From: Alphaproteobacteria bacterium
GTDB lineage: Bacteria; Pseudomonadota; Alphaproteobacteria; UBA828
Direction of reading: 5' to 3'
NCBI GenBank assembly: GCA_965214705.1
Contig: OZ243972.1
Coordinates: forward strand, 736,001-800,000
DNA: 64,000 nucleotides
Below, one piece after another: positions 62,431 through 64,000 of the stretch (positions within the stretch are counted from its first letter, which is position 1; each line of letters starts with the position of its first letter). The translations under genes were made by a program, and so were the position numbers. The notes below the pieces were generated by a model. It was not told where the DNA came from, did not search any database, and worked only from the letters and a program-made list of their open reading frames with translations.

Positions 62431-62488
62431 GAACTCCCGGCTAGAGGATCGACTGATCCATCGGTGCCTGGAAGCGCGGGGGAGTGCG

Positions 62489-63217
62489 ATGAACGACCGG
62501 ATCATCCTGATTACCAACGTGGAGCATTTCGTGGGCCGGCCGGTCGCCGCCGAGCTCGTCGCCCAGGGGGCGACAGTGGTCTGCCACGACAGGAGCTTCG
62601 CGGATTCCGCCGCAGCACGCGAATTCGAAGCAGGCAATCCCGCTCTTAGCGTCGTCCGGCCGCAATCGCCGGCGGAGATCGTCGCGGCCGCAACGGAGGC
62701 CTGCGGGCGAATTGACGTTGTCGTCTGCAACGACGCCGGCGCTGCGATCCGCGCGCCCATCGAGCAGGCGCGTCCGGGGGACTTGCGATCCGCGCTCGAG
62801 GAGATGGTGGTCTTTCCCTTCGAGATGGCGAGTGCCGTCGTGCCGCAGATGAAGGCCCGCAAGCGGGGCAAGATCCTGTTCATCACCTCAGCGACGCCGC
62901 TCAGGGGGCTGCCAAACTACTCGATGTACGTGACCGCGCGCGGTGCCACCAACGCGCTCACCGTGTCACTCGCGCAGGAGCTCGGTCGGGACAACATTCA
63001 GGTCAACGCGATCGCGCCCAACTACGTCGAGAGCCCGACCTATTTCCCGCCCGAGCTGGTCGAGGATCCCGAAACCCTGGCCAAAATGACCCGAAACATC
63101 CCCCTGAAGCGCCTCGGAAAGCCCGAGGAGGTCGCTGCTCTGGTGGCCTTCTATGCCTCGGACAAGAGCGATTTCATCACCGGCCACGTCATGCCGTTCG
63201 CCGGCGGCTGGGCTTGA
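62489..63217 (+). CDS. halohydrin dehalogenase (SDR fold)
   Basis: T-x4-F-x-G (TNVEHFVG) and S-x12-Y-x3-R (S-ATPLRGLPNYSM-Y-VTA-R) diagnostic motifs. Confidence 0.85.
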   Translation: MNDRIILITNVEHFVGRPVAAELVAQGATVVCHDRSFADSAAAREFEAGNPALSVVRPQSPAEIVAAATEACGRIDVVVCNDAGAAIRAPIEQARPGDLRSALEEMVVFPFEMASAVVPQMKARKRGKILFITSATPLRGLPNYSMYVTARGATNALTVSLAQELGRDNIQVNAIAPNYVESPTYFPPELVEDPETLAKMTRNIPLKRLGKPEEVAALVAFYASDKSDFITGHVMPFAGGWA

Positions 63218-63431
63218 GGACACCGCGAGCTGCAGCGTCGAGGACGCTTTGACTGCCTCGGCCCATGCTATGTTGAAGACGCACCGGGCGAGGAGGAGGC
63301 GCGTTCCGAGATTCGCGATCCCCCTAACGCCTCGTTGGCCGCCGTCGTTGGATGCAGCCCAGGAGCCGGCACAATCCAACGTCTGCGGCGGGCCACCGAA
63401 CGGGCGCAAGCCACGAGCGAGGGCATGCACC

Positions 63432-64000
63432 ATGAGCGACTACACCGTGAAGACGTTGCCCGATGTCGCGCTGACCGATCACTTGCGCTCGGTTCTCGAC
63501 CGGCTCGACGCATCGACCGCCGACATCGAAACCTGCATCACACTGCCGAGAGAGGTCTACACCTCGGAGGCCTGGTTCGAATTCGAAAAGCGCGCCGTGT
63601 GGGATCCCGAGTGGGTGTGCCTGGGCCACATCGGACAAATCCCGGAGGTTGGCGATTACTTCTCAATCACCATCAACGACGACCCCTTGCTGGTGTTGCG
63701 GGACGAGACGGGCGAGGTCCGCGTCATGACGGCGGTGTGCCAGCACCGCGGCCACATCCTCGGCGAGCACGCCGGAAACGCGAAGGTATTCACCTGTCCC
63801 CATCACGGCTGGTCCTACGATCTCAGCGGCGCTCTGATCAGTGCACCAATGATGGACGCGCACGCCTCGCTGGATGAGCTGCGCCGGACCAGCTGCCTGC
63901 CGACGCTGCGCTCGGACATCTGGAACGGCTTCGTCTTCATCAACATGGACGGCAATGCGCCGCCGCTGAATTCCCGCCTCAGGCGGCTGACGGAGGAGAT
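63432..64000 (+). CDS. Rieske non-heme iron oxygenase alpha subunit (partial, runs off window)
   Basis: TLPREVYTS, GDYF, CQHRG...CPHHGWSY Rieske motif. Confidence 0.88.
   Translation, partial: MSDYTVKTLPDVALTDHLRSVLDRLDASTADIETCITLPREVYTSEAWFEFEKRAVWDPEWVCLGHIGQIPEVGDYFSITINDDPLLVLRDETGEVRVMTAVCQHRGHILGEHAGNAKVFTCPHHGWSYDLSGALISAPMMDAHASLDELRRTSCLPTLRSDIWNGFVFINMDGNAPPLNSRLRRLTEE

Overview
High-GC alphaproteobacterial chromosomal window. It contains a conserved housekeeping block (murA-DUF2948-hisG-hisD-UPF0262-LMW phosphatase-maf-RNase E/G-tRNA-Phe), soxBDAG and metY. About 21 kb of amidohydrolase and flavin-oxygenase catabolic genes follow, then a decaying Wzm/Wzt-rhamnose polysaccharide locus, a halohydrin dehalogenase and a partial Rieske oxygenase. 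The mobile DNA stands out. (1) Two near-identical 2456-bp IS66-family elements each carry a Dam-like N6-adenine methyltransferase in place of tnpA/tnpB. (2) An IS1595 relic carries a Panacea antitoxin and a RelE-like gene that one IS66 copy has split. (3) rfbA is split by a four-level nest: a tyrosine-recombinase + HUH/Y2 (IS91-like) element, containing a group II intron, containing a second group II intron whose EBS1 matches the host intron, containing a 167-bp MITE. All family assignments come from motif recognition by eye; no database searches were run.
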